DNA from: Mizuhopecten yessoensis
Taxonomy: Eukaryota
Length of the DNA stretch: 64,000 nt
Assembly: GCF_002113885.1 (NCBI RefSeq)
Contig: NW_018403543.1
Span: forward strand, 1,106,145-1,170,144
Direction of reading: 5' to 3'
Shown: piece after piece, positions 36,422-48,618 of the stretch
Layout: every line of letters starts with the position of its first letter
Numbering within the stretch: the stretch's first letter is position 1
Made by a program: the position numbers and the translations under genes
The notes under the pieces: generated by a model
What the model was told of the DNA's origin: nothing
The model's database searches: none
What the model saw: the letters and a program-made list of their open reading frames with translations, nothing else

Positions 36422-38560
36422 ATGATGGATTCCACAGGGAACGAGCGGATGTCAGTGCTTCTGTCAAAATACATCGAATGGGCTTTCATGGTGACACAAG
36501 AAGAGGTAGATATCAGAAGAAAGTCATATGTTTCACTGGGGTATTTTCAAAGTGATGAATCACTTTCTGTCTTTCGAGCTGGAAGTACTGCAGAGGGAGT
36601 TGATCTATTGGGTTCAGATAGAGACACAATGGTCATTTGTAAGGAAATTATAGTTATGTACCCTGATCAGTGTATTCCTCCAAATATGGCACACAAAACA
36701 ATTCTGTACGCAAGAGCAGCAGATTGCCGCCCTGGCTATGTCTTCCTCCAGCTTCATCAGTTACAAAAAAGAGAACCCGTATTGTGTAATGCACTAGTTA
36801 GAATTAAGGATTCGATGTTTGTTTCCAGTGATATCTTTAGAGAGCAATTTGTCAGTGGCGTTCGTAAACAATTAGGGGTGAAAGTGGAATCGAATGGACC
36901 AGCCTGTACACAAGATACAATGGCAGGTGATCAACAACAAGACATTGCTTTGTGTTTTCCATGGCATAGTTGGCCAAAGGAAGCTAATGAATGGATTACA
37001 CGTACACGTCTGTATGGATGGCCACATCAAACCTTGATAGACAATATCGTACACCATGGATGTCATCTTGTCCCAGTTGGAGACAAGTGTTCTGAGAACA
37101 CTTTTCTCCAATGGAGATTTTCATTTGCAACAGCAGAGAGATCTTTAGTTCACTCCTTTAGTCACATCCAATTCAAAGTTTATACTTTGCTGAAATATTA
37201 TTTGAAACAAATAAAAGGAGTATTAAAAGAAACCATTGGGGATGATGATATCTTGTGCTCCTATTTCTTAAAGACAATCCTTTTTCATGCTATTGAGAAT
37301 TCCAACCAACTGTTCTGGCAAGAGAAAAACCTATTTTATTGTTTTTGGTTTTGCTTCAAAATACTTATTGCTTTGGTCAAGGCAGGTTTCTGTCCCAGTT
37401 ACTTCATCCCAGCCAACAACCTATTCAAGAGGAAAGTCCATGGAGAACATCAGCAAATTCTGTTAGATGTTTTGAGCAACTACCACCAGATGAAGTGGAT
37501 GTGTCTTTCAGTTGGAAACTTCATCAAACCTATATGGGAACAACTGTGTGATTCTTCAGTACAAGCTGTACTTTTGAACCCCAAGACTACAAAGACCACT
37601 GCATTCGAACAAGATAGACAACTTATGTGCCATCTGCAACACATAATTTGCATATATAAAGCTTCATTTAGTAATCGTAGTACCTTCAGGAAGGCAATTA
37701 ATTCATTTTCGACATCACAGTCAGAATCAGATGAACTTTTCACATTCACTTATGCTATGCCATACCTACAAAGTCTTGCAACAGAGCAGGTTTATCCGGA
37801 GCACATGGTTGCTACAGACAACAAGACCAGGTACAGAAGTCTAAGGAAATGTAAACACTTGATGGTTACCACAGCCTCCATGGGAACGGAACTGCTAAAT
37901 TTGGCAACTTTTCATTTTTTGACTGGAAATTTCTTTAAAACTCTGGAAATGTGCGAACAAGTGATGAAACTAGCATCATATTACACCAGATATATAGATT
38001 TACATCCAGAACTACGGGCAGTGTATAGCCATTTGTATCATCAATTTGAACATTCCTCAGACAGGCTTAAGAAAATGTACACAAACAAATTGTCTTTTTC
38101 AAAGAAGGGCTTGTATCTTCCTCATCTCTGTCAGGAAATGTTAAAAGGACAAACAGATATGATTATCCCACCACTACCCTATGCACTGCTCCTGTCCTTC
38201 CTCTGCTGTCATGAACTTGGAGATACTACAGGGCGTGATGAAGCATTAAGGCTCCTCATAGAGGTCCAGAGTGATGATGACCAAGGAGGACACCGATTCT
38301 GGATAGTCCACACTCTCCTGGGGATCTGTTACCAGACACTCGGGGACAATCACAGGACCATCAGGGCTTACTGGGATTCAGCACAGTCACAGGCTGATTA
38401 TCAAGTGTGGAATCCTGCCATCGAGAGGATAGCGGTGGTGTATCTATGTATGTATGCCAGACAGAGGCTAGCTGTGGTGTATCTATGTATGTATGCCAGA
38501 CAGAGGCTAGCTGTTGTGTATCTACGTATGTATGCTAGACAGAAGTCTGTTCAAGGCTAG
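36422..38560 (+). CDS. Mab-21 domain nucleotidyltransferase / cGAS-like receptor (cGLR) with C-terminal helical TPR-like region, about 712 aa, single coding exon
   Basis: Uninterrupted ORF containing AGSTAEGVDLLGSDRDTMV (GS-x-DxD), NGPACT...QDIALCF (third acidic residue) and the Mab-21 core WPKEANEWITRTRLYGWP...GCHLVPVG...QWRFSFATAERSL...SYFLKTILF...CPSYFIPANNLF. The C-terminal part has HTLLGICYQTLGD...AYWDS, which is TPR-like. A splice acceptor (ttcattacag|36397) precedes the ATG at 36422, so the ORF-track start at 36335 is probably intronic. Confidence 0.9.
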   Translation: MMDSTGNERMSVLLSKYIEWAFMVTQEEVDIRRKSYVSLGYFQSDESLSVFRAGSTAEGVDLLGSDRDTMVICKEIIVMYPDQCIPPNMAHKTILYARAADCRPGYVFLQLHQLQKREPVLCNALVRIKDSMFVSSDIFREQFVSGVRKQLGVKVESNGPACTQDTMAGDQQQDIALCFPWHSWPKEANEWITRTRLYGWPHQTLIDNIVHHGCHLVPVGDKCSENTFLQWRFSFATAERSLVHSFSHIQFKVYTLLKYYLKQIKGVLKETIGDDDILCSYFLKTILFHAIENSNQLFWQEKNLFYCFWFCFKILIALVKAGFCPSYFIPANNLFKRKVHGEHQQILLDVLSNYHQMKWMCLSVGNFIKPIWEQLCDSSVQAVLLNPKTTKTTAFEQDRQLMCHLQHIICIYKASFSNRSTFRKAINSFSTSQSESDELFTFTYAMPYLQSLATEQVYPEHMVATDNKTRYRSLRKCKHLMVTTASMGTELLNLATFHFLTGNFFKTLEMCEQVMKLASYYTRYIDLHPELRAVYSHLYHQFEHSSDRLKKMYTNKLSFSKKGLYLPHLCQEMLKGQTDMIIPPLPYALLLSFLCCHELGDTTGRDEALRLLIEVQSDDDQGGHRFWIVHTLLGICYQTLGDNHRTIRAYWDSAQSQADYQVWNPAIERIAVVYLCMYARQRLAVVYLCMYARQRLAVVYLRMYARQKSVQG

Positions 38561-38836
38561 CAGTGGTGTAACTATGTATGTATGCCACACAGAAGTCTGA
38601 TCAAGGCTAGCAGTGGTGTAGCTATGTATGTACGCCAGACAGAAGTCTGATCGAGGCTAGCAGTGGTGAATCTATGTATGTATGCCAGACAGAAGTCTGA
38701 TCGAGGCTAGCAGTGGGGTATCTATGTATGTATGTCTCACAAAGGTCTGATAGAGGATAGCTGTTGTGTATTTATGTATGTATGTTTCATAAAAGTCTGA
38801 CAGAGGATAGCAGTGATGTATCTATGTATGTCTCAC
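38426..38836 (+). repeat. 39/52-bp tandem array spanning the cGLR C-terminus and 3' UTR
   Basis: gaggctagc.gtggtgtatctatgtatgtatgccagacaga(agtctgatc) repeated about 9 times. Confidence 0.9.
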
Positions 38837-40006
38837 AAAATTTCACCATATACATGTATTATCAAATGCATTATTACTGTGAATTCATACCGCAATTACA
38901 TTTGCTTTGGATCCTGTACAGTGTTCAGTTGAAGACCTTAACGTAACACAAGGACTGTGCTGTCTTCAATCTGATATTGTATTATTATTACTTGTATACT
39001 AAATGCGGTTTATAACATATATATATTACCTATATTGCAGACTGTATCTAATTAGTACTATGTTATGGGAGTTATCCCCCTTTTCCCACCTATTCCATAC
39101 TTTGTAAAATATGTCCATTAAATATATAAATATCTAATAGTATTTAAGTACATAATTGGCGGTGAAACTTTAGGCAATGTCTAGAAGAAATATATAATCT
39201 GAATTACTAAGCTGATTATTTTGTGATCATAGTATTACATATAATCATCTATACATTTTATATATCTGCAACTTTTCTTTATACCAAAAAGTGCAGATTG
39301 AATCACAATGGATAGACAAACATTGATTAAATCTACGTGTACAAGAAATTAAACCATCAATCAACCATCAATCAACATAAGTACATAATTATATTGTATC
39401 CATTGCTAAATTATAGTAATGTACATGTATTAAACACCAGTTGCACGAGGTCTTGAAATGTACACTTGGGTTTTTATTCCTATCTTCTTACGTTTGCATT
39501 GTCTAAAAGGTTCTACGTCAAATATGATACCTGCTTCTCATGATTAATTATTGACAATAAGCAAAATTGTAATTATTTATCATTATAATATCAATACAAT
39601 AGGTCCATATATATATATATATATATACCACCAAGGGTGAGGACTTATATAGGCTTTAAGCCTGTTGTCCAGTCCTTTTGACGGTGTAATATTCTTTATG
39701 TAAATAAAATTTGTTGAAATTGAAATATTTCAGTCCCTACCTGAACAATTATACTAAAGTTTCCTTAGTTTAAGTCGAATGTTCAAAGGTGCCTATCAGA
39801 CTCAGATAAATTGTCTCATTCTGGCACGGATGGCCAGGTCCTGATCAGCCATCAATGACAATACCGTTGTTGTTCACTCCTGCGTAGCGACAATCAATCG
39901 ACTGCCCAGGTTCTTTGTTTACGAAAGGTGTTTAAGTGCAGAATTGAGACTTTCTATGATTTAAACAATAATATTTACATTTCTACTGAACTAGGACTCA
40001 ATATAT

Positions 40007-41077
40007 GAAGGACCATGGTGAGCTTATGCCATACCGGAGCGTCCGTCTTCCGTTCGTAAGCTTTTCCTTTAAAACGCTACTTGTCCTGAACGACCAAGTA
40101 GATTTTGACTAAATTTGGTCTGGAGCATCCTTTGTATAAACGGTAGGTGTGGCCCCCTCTGGGAGCAGAGGAGTGGGGCCCAATAGGGGAAATAGAGATA
40201 AATCTTAAATATCCTTCTTCTACAACAGGGATTAAAATATTTCATCCCGATTTGGTCTGGAACATCCTTGGGCCAAAGGGACTAAATATTGTATTAACGG
40301 TGGGTTTGGACCTCCTGGGGGCAGAGGGACGGGGCCTAATAGGGGAAATAGAGGCAAAACCTTAGAAATCCTTCTTCTACCATAGGGATTAAGGGATTTT
40401 ATCCCCATTTGGTATAGAGCACCCTTGAGCAAAATAGACCCAATGTTGTATAAACGGTGGGTGTGGCCCCTCTGGGTACAGAGGGACGGAGCTCAAAGAG
40501 GAAATTTGAGGTTGAAATCTTTAAAATCCTTTTCCTTCTGTACCATTTGAGGGATTTTATCCAAATTTGGTCTGGAGCATCCTGGACAAAGGATCTTAAT
40601 TTTGTATAAAAGATGGGTATGGCCCCTCTGGGTGCAGAGTTGCGGGGCTCAAAAGGGGTATTTTAGGTTTAAGTTTTTAAAATCCTTCACCTTCTGTACT
40701 ATTGGAGGGATATTATCCAAATTTATCCTGGAGTATCCTTTATCAAAGGGGACTAAATTTTGTATAACAAAGGGTTATGTCTCTTTGGATGCAGAGGGGT
40801 AGGGCTCAAAATGGGAATTTGAGGTTTATGTTTTCAAAATCCTTCTTCGTTTGTACCATTGGAGGGATTTCATTCAAATTTAGCCCGGAACATCCTTGGG
40901 CAAAGGAGACTTAATTTTGTATAATTGCAGGGTGTGGCCCCTCTGGGTGCAGAGTTGAGGGGCCCAATACGGGAATTTAAGTTTTATTCCATTGGAGGGA
41001 TCTTTTGTCATGAAAATAATTTCCCATGGTTGCTTTATTATCCAGGTGAGCGAAACAGGCCCTCTGGGCCTCTTGTT
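40007..41077 (+). mobile_element. HINE (third family), 5'-eroded
   Basis: gaaggaccatggtgagcttatgccatac head, units of about 150 bp, and a 3' end ccaggtgagcgaaacaggccctctgggcctcttgtt. Confidence 0.8.
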
Positions 41078-41286
41078 CAATGAACTTTCCAGTTGGCGTA
41101 TGAATACATCAGCTTATTATCAACCTGCTTAGTCCGTTATTCCGCGGAGCGCGGGAAGTAGTTCTATTAACATATTGTTTACAATTTGTTGTGTTATTTT
41201 TCTCAGAACTTTTCAACTGAATTAAAAAAAATAACTTTACATCTGAATTTGTTTTTTCGTTGTAACCAATGCAACATGAACAAGAT

Positions 41287-41365
41287 ACAACACAGGGCCG
41301 TGGTGTGAGTCAAACTCGCAACCCTTCGGTCATGAGCCCGGTGTCCTACCACTAGACTACTGTGT
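41287..41365 (-). mobile_element. tRNA-derived SINE head fragment
   Basis: Reverse complement tagtctagtggtagga...gggttgcgagtttgactc; same family as 45800-46142. Confidence 0.7.
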
Positions 41366-41429
41366 CTCCATATCGTAAACTTTATGAAAATGACCAACCC
41401 GTTCACATCAAACAAATTTGGAGTCCTTT

Positions 41430-42440
41430 CAGGGAGATCTATCACACTACATATGTTGGAAGTGCTAGTGCTTGATATTCATCGATAGACCATATTTTTT
41501 TAGATTATAAAAATAAAATTGACACCCATCCGCACAAAAGGCTACTAAATAGGATAAAGGCGTACAGCTTCTTAAATCAGTTGTTATTTTGGATCAACAG
41601 CTTCCTGTGGAACATAATACAAAGGGTGGACTGGTAGTACACGGGGAGGTGTCTGAACGGACACAAGTATCGTCAGGAATCCCACAGGGAGCCGTTCTTG
41701 GAACAATACTGTTTGGAATGTTGTAAACGATCTTCCGGATAGGGTGAGCTGGTTTATATTCCTATTCTTATGACACCGAAATATTTTAAATCATTGAGAA
41801 AGACAAGGACAAGTCAATGCTAAAATACGATTCGGACAGTATGGCAGAATGGAGCCAAAACTGGCTGTTACAAGTACACCCATAAAAAATGCAAACACAT
41901 GCATATTGGAATACTTACAAAGGAAGAATCCAAGTAATATTTTATCAATTAAGTACTTTTGGCACAAACGGAATCAGAGAAAGATATCGGCATCACAATA
42001 GATTCTAATCTCTCATTTGAAGACAATTTAAGCGAAAAAGTAATCAAGGCCAATTTCATGTTTGCTATGCTGAGAATTTTTGCCACGTACTGTATATCAA
42101 ACACTGGTTAGAACTCACCTCGATTTTGCCAGCTCGGCTTTTGGTCACCATTAAAAATCAAGGACGTAGAAAAGTTGGAAGGTGTCCAGAGGAGGTCAAC
42201 AAAACAATTACCAGGAATGAAGGATCTTACATCCACAGAAAGATTAGCCGAAGTTACCAACACTCGCCTGTAGACGGATCAGGGGAGATATATGTTAGGA
42301 GGATATTAAGATAATAAACGACATATACATATACATGATCGGGAAATCAACAGCACCCTAAAGTAACGGGATAATGTGACAGCAAGGAACAGGGGAATAG
42401 GAAACTTGAAAAAGTATTTCCACAACGGACAAGGACTAGT
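41430..42440 (+). mobile_element. Decayed LINE reverse-transcriptase remnant (CR1-like)
   Basis: Broken frames give VSSGIPQGAVLGTILF, ESEKDIGITIDSNLSFE and IKDVEKLEGVQRRSTKQLPGMKDL, with many stops and frameshifts. Confidence 0.8.
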
Positions 42441-43738
42441 GAGTGTATGTTATGGCGTAGAGCAAATCATTTTTCGGAGTGTATGCTTACAGAGGGTCGA
42501 GCGTCCGAGGCGCGTAACGCCGGAGGAAGGGGAGGTTATGGGAGGGATCATAGCTGAAAAACACCTACTAGGTCCTAGAAGCATGGACTTAGATAGCTAA
42601 TCTAATTCTGTTTTAAAAGCAATTTCCCGTGTTCTGGGAACTCCTTTTAGACTGATTATTAACAAGTAAAACCCAACTTTTCATATGAATGATATTAAAT
42701 TTTGTACTTCTTTAAAAAAAGAATTCATTTACATATACCTTCGTGATTTGTCAATGTGTCTAGACCTAACAACAATATTTTATCAGACTGAAGTTTTCAA
42801 GAAGATTTTCCCTTTTTATCTTGATACCGACAGTCCATATTAATCATAAAAAATAATAATGAAAATATATGATTAAAAAAAATCTTAATTTTTTTAGTGT
42901 ATACTTGAGCATACAAACATACATGAATGCTACGCCACTGGTAGAGACTGTCGTCCGTCAACTTTTTCCTTTAAAATGCTAAGCTTCTAGTCCTGAATGG
43001 CTAAGTAGATTTCGACCAAATTTGACCGATTGGTTCTCAATTTTGTATACTGGAAATGGAGGGTGTGCCGCACTAGGGGCAGATAAGTGGGGCCAAATTA
43101 GGCTAAGTTTTAAAAATCTTTCTCTTTTCCTTATGAATAGAGGAATTTTCACCCAAGTTGTTATAGATGGACTCTAGGCAAAGGGGACTCGAGTTTGTAT
43201 AAGTCACACAAGTATTTAAATGTTATTATTATATGGGTTTTCCTGTATCCTGTCTATTTAGAACTCTCGGGCATTTTACATCGGATAAACTGTTGAATTG
43301 CACAACAAGGAGACAACCATGTAGCGAAGAAGGAAGCGGTGACCTAAAATAAAACCATACTACGTCTGACAATGATTTCCCGTTACATGTTAACGTGTAT
43401 TTGTTCGTCATCACCTTAATAAGTATTAATTACCTAAAGAAGTTTTATAATATTATCAATTCTGTGGTTTATTATTTTTCAACCCCGTTACCGTAACATC
43501 ATACCTCCACACTACATGTATGTCTGATCCTATTATAGCGACACCACGATGTTGTAACAACGGGCATATACTTATAAAGTATTATTCCAAATACAGTAAA
43601 AGTATTTATAAATTATTCTAATAAGTATTTGATATTTTTGTTTATAACTATTAAGTATATTTCATGCAGAAAATGTCATTTAGATTAGGCTTATCTTACT
43701 CTGTGGCTGTGAAGCACAATAGGAGCAACACCTGCATG

Positions 43739-43861
43739 TACTCCAACAATGTTAGAGGTTTTACACGGCGAAAAACTTTTGACAGGCGCCGCGTAACAGT
43801 CGGCAAAATCATATCCGATTGAAAAACATGCCGACCAGCGGCCTCTCATGTTATGGGAGTA
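43739..43861. mobile_element. Short MITE with 10-bp TSD (Mutator-like), copy 2
   Basis: Same element as 16327-16443, flanked by cacctgcatg on both sides. Confidence 0.8.
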
Positions 43862-44674
43862 CACCTGCATGCTGGTTTTTGAGATACACGTGGGGCACTC
43901 GGCCGATCATGAGGTTCCCACGTGCAAACGGGTTCGTGCAGGGTCAATATTTCTCTCTCGTCAGCCGATGCTATCTCTCGACTCTCACACGTCACAATAA
44001 CAACCTGATACGATGCAGGCACATTACACAAACCATGACAGATGTAGATATATATATGCATACCGAAATACACATAACAAGTGCAAGTATTTATATTAAA
44101 GTATAAAATAGACTCGGCATATCTACAAGTCAAACTAAACAAATAGTTTGAACACCAGGATATACATAAGGTTGTGGCTCTTTTGGGGTAATAGGGGGAA
44201 ATATTAATATCCTTCTCCTTCTGTATCAATACAGTGATTGAAGTTTGTATAAACTGAGGGTGCAGAGGGACGGGCTAATAGGAGGGAAAATACACATTGT
44301 ATGTGAAATCTTTCTACTTCAAATGGTTTCAGTGATTTCACCTAAATTTGTTGGTGGGGCCGTATAGGGGAAATAGATGTAAATCTTTGAAATCGAGACC
44401 GATATAAACATCTTCCACTGATGTCCATTTCAATTGTAAAACGTTTGAAACACTTGCATCCCACCTATAGCTTGATACTTACCTCCCCTTTATCACAGAT
44501 ATAACATGGGATGAAGAAATAACGCTTGCTTATATTCCATGTGGTTTGGAATTGTTAAGTCATAAATAAAACAACATAACATTTTATAGGTATAAATTTA
44601 ATTGACATTTCCATATAAATATGTATATTCACATTTACACATGTACTCTGGGTATTACAGATAAATTCTTCCAT

Positions 44675-44765
44675 TTAACTCATTCATCCCTGAAGACACA
44701 TTTGACCTCTTCTAATTCAAATGCTGGAATAGTTCATTATGAAATTTCAGGGGTGAATGAGTTAA
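44675..44765. mobile_element. 91-bp TTAA-flanked MITE, copy 4
   Basis: Same family as 6567-6657. Confidence 0.75.
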
Positions 44766-45544
44766 TAAGTCAATTTCCATACACAGGTTTACTCGCACTC
44801 GCACAAACTTCTAAACAAAACTAAATCTGCATAAAATCAATAATCTTCAGAAGGTTAGAAAGAGTACTAGATACATCACCTCCATAAAGTTGAACTAGAA
44901 ATGAAAGCTTCTGGTGAACTTGTACCTGGACACCCTGCTTTTAAATGTAGTTAACATTTTAGCTACAATGATGTTGCGCTGAATTTATTTTTTCAAATTT
45001 GCCTTTGACATTCTGATCCAAAATTACATTTTTTAAGTTACCTTAAAAACCAATGGCTAGTCGTCTTGTAAAATTACAAAATCCTCACAAGAGAGGCGCA
45101 CCATTTAAAACGTAAAAAAAACAATGATGGTTTAACCTCAATATGAAAACTGTTTGTGGCCTAACTAACATGTATGGACTACCAATACTTCAACTAGAAA
45201 CTCTGTAGGTTTTTAAACCACTTGTAAAGTGAGAAAGAAAGTCACAGATGTTTGGTGTCCGAATGCATCAAAATGTTTAAAAACCACAAAAGTTCAACGT
45301 CTGGCATTCTATGTAGAGTTGAAAGCTGGGATCAAATTTGGTCTTCTAAATTCGGATTTCTGATAAAATTCTAATGGTATTGTTTGATGATGTGGATGTC
45401 AAGCCTTGCCAGTACACCACTCTAAATCTACCACCACTGATGTTACTTGACACTAGTGCAACTCAGTCTGTGTGTGTCAAGATTTCCAGTTATCTTCCTT
45501 AGTTTTAATTTTTCACTTAAACATTTCCAATATCCAATGGACTT

Positions 45545-48479
45545 TCACCAGGGAGGAGTCATGGGCTGGGGATTCTGGAGGTAGGACATCACAACGGCTG
45601 ATATAGACAACCTGAAAAAGAAATGCAGTATTCTGAAATCTCTGTAGCAAAACATGAACACTGATAATGAAATCAAATAACCTTTCCAAAGTGCCTTTGC
45701 TATTCTGATTGAAATAAAGGAATAATCTGTATACCCAAGTCCAGATGCTTGATGGTAAATTTTCAACCTAATACAAAAATGTATATCAATACAATGCACA
45801 TAATAATAATTCTAGGTTCACAGTTACCGTTTTATCACAACCTAGTTTGTAGGTCATCTCAAAACGGTTTACAAATTATTATCCGTGGTTATAGGGCCTT
45901 AGCAACCAGCCTATATCATTCTCACCTCCCTGGGGAGCATACAACCAGTGCTGCCATTTTGAAGTTCATAGCTAGCATTCAACATTTCTAGCACTGCCAA
46001 CCACGTACTCATTTACAGCTGAGTAGACTGGAACAAACGAAGTAAAGTATCTTGCTCAAAGATACAACACAGTGCCGTGCCATGACTCGAACCAGCAACC
46101 CTTCGGCCACGAGCCCAGCCTCCTACCACTAGACTACCGTGCATCTTGACGACTTTTTAAGTGAGAATAGATGTTCAATATACCATGTGTCGTAGAGAGT
46201 TCTTTCACAGCACATGTAATTTATTCATGTGACACACTGTCTACATACAATAGCATGTTTGATGGTTTTAATTTTTTGCAGTATCAACCAAAAATGAAAA
46301 TTTGTAAATGTTAAAAGTTTGTATTTGACAAATGTTAACAAATTGACAAAGGGTTTACATAAACATTACTGATGAACTGATAATTATACTTACATGAAGC
46401 TACTGAGCATTTGTTTTGTATCTTCTGAGGTTCGAGAATTAGCAAAACTAATAAACGAACAATAAACTGCTGCCCAGGCACACCACTTCAACTAGAGATG
46501 AAAAAAAAGGTAAATTATGAGCATTTAAGAAACAGGTTTATAGATGCCAAAATGAATAAACAGCATGTTTCAAAACTTAAGAATGGAAATCAGTTGGTCT
46601 GGTATGATTTAACCATCACAGTAAAATAGCCCAAATCTCCTCTGGCCCAAACACCAGGGCCCTTATTCATGAAACCATTTTCATGCTCAACCATGGATTC
46701 TGTGCTCAAACCAACTTTCTCTTAACTAGCTTAAATCTTGTAAAACGATCAAAAAGTCAAATACAAACATTGAAAACAGTATTGGCTTTAAATCTCTTCA
46801 ATTTTTTCCAAATCATTGACAAAATAAACCAGAACAAGAAATTAGACTTGAGTACAAAATCCATGCTTGAGCATGAGGGCGGTTTCATGAATACAGGTCC
46901 AGGTTAAAGACTGTTATTAGAGCCAAACTTGGGACTACAAAGTATTGTATACGTACAGTACTACAGCTATAGTTAGAGAACTATCTGGTAGTATGATACT
47001 ATAACTATACTTGTGAAACAGTTGTCATATTATTAATCTAATAAATTGGTGTTCAGCTGCTTAAACAGGTATGCAGATTTGATATGATGAGGGACTAATT
47101 GGGCACCCTACTGCAAGTCCTTGGCATTATCTCATTCACCCCCGAAATTTCATAATGAGTTATTCCAACCTTTTGAATTGGAAGAGTTCAAATGTATCTT
47201 CAGGGGTGAATGAGTTAATACCTGGGTATGACAAACAATAAAACTTTAATATTCCGTTCCAATTTACTACTGTTTTCCTTTTATATTCTTTGTGATGTCA
47301 CTTATGGAAAGAAAGTCTCATGTTAGAATTTTGTGAAACCTTGTGTAGAAGGACGGTTATAAAGGAACAATTGATAGTAAATTATATTGCTATAATTTTT
47401 ATCATATTGCATGCTTTGTTTTTGAATTCAATTCAATTCACGTCATCAGTTCGGGTAAAATTCATTGTTTTTAAAATTTAAAGAGTGTCGTACCTTCATC
47501 ATTAATCCACACATACTGAAGATCATTCCGAGGAGGTTCATGTAGTCAGGGGTCGGATCATCTGAGGGCCCGCCAGGCTGAGGAGGTTTGTATCTACATA
47601 GTAAGAAATACACAGAATTAATGCAAGCGTTTATCATATGTAAATAGGTGAAGCTGATGTTACCTGGTCCGTATCACCTGATGTTATTAGTTCTTCTGTA
47701 AGCACATCATTTTGACAAAAAATGTCCTGACCATTGACAATAAATTTACAATGACAGCCATATGCAGGTATAAAAACCCTTCATAACTTGTAGTGTTCTT
47801 ACACTTGCTGGTATGTTGTTGTTGGTAATTTTTAAAAAAACTATCCTTTTGGTATTTCATTATCACAGACACCAAATCAAAATAATCAACAGGTCTTGAA
47901 TCTTATGCTTTGTGACTCAATATCTGCAAGAGAATTTCTGTGACTAGCACGAAGGAAAAATATTCCCTTGATTTTTTTACCATACAATATAATTATTATA
48001 GTACCAACTCTACTGTTCAGGCATACGTAATGCAGCATCAGCAAATTAAATCTGGCTATATGGGACAAATACCTGTATGCATTGGTGTGCTATAACCTAT
48101 AGATTATTTGTACTTTTTTAGACATTTGTAACGAACCCCTCTGATCACAAGGTGCTGGACACACTTATATGATGTGTATATACTGTATACTATGATAGAG
48201 TATTACAAAAATCTGTCCAGCATCTTTGCCAGCTTGGTCCACCTTTTCTTTCCAATGTGCACGAGATCATCGAGACTATTAAGAACTTGTTGGTTTACTC
48301 TCATAAAGTCATACGTAGCTACATATATCCAAATCCGCTTTTCAGTCAGATTTACCGGTGTTCCACTTCCTGCCGATTATAAGGCAAGGGTTGAATAAGG
48401 CGAGTAAAAATATATCAATTTACCTGTTTACTTTGGCTGCTCGACGAGGATCGTTGGCATTGTTAGTCACTGAAGACAT
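45545..48479 (-). CDS. WDR83OS: Protein Asterix (PAT complex subunit, PAT10), 4 exons, 106 aa
   Basis: Exons (minus strand): 48479-48424, 47593-47494, 46491-46394, 45611-45545; all GT-AG, 321 nt. Translation: [106 protein letters not shown], nearly identical to the vertebrate protein as I recall it. Confidence 0.97.
45800..46142 (-). mobile_element. Full-length tRNA-derived SINE with conserved central domain (Asterix intron 3)
   Basis: A-box tagtctagtgg, B-box ggttcgagtc, body tgtgttgtatctttgagcaagatacttt...tcagctgtaaatgagtac, and an (ATT)n tail. Superfamily (Meta/V/Deu/CORE) not assigned. Confidence 0.8.
47127..47218. mobile_element. TTAA-type MITE, copy 5 (Asterix intron 2)
   Basis: Same family as 6567-6657, reverse orientation. 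Confidence 0.75.
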
Positions 48480-48580
48480 CTTTTGTATTTCTTAAAATGC
48501 AAAACAAGGATCAACTGTCTATTTCTATTGTTATTTGACTTAAATTCGTCTTCAGTACTCAGTGTCAGAACATTAAACAA

Positions 48581-48618
48581 GCGGAAGTAAGGTACGCGTG
48601 TACGATAACAACTTCCGG
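48581..48618. promoter_or_regulatory. Paired ETS/GABP-type motifs upstream of Asterix
   Basis: GCGGAAGT (48581-48588) and ACTTCCGG (48611-48618) lie about 100-140 bp upstream of the ATG, as expected for a housekeeping promoter. Confidence 0.45.
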
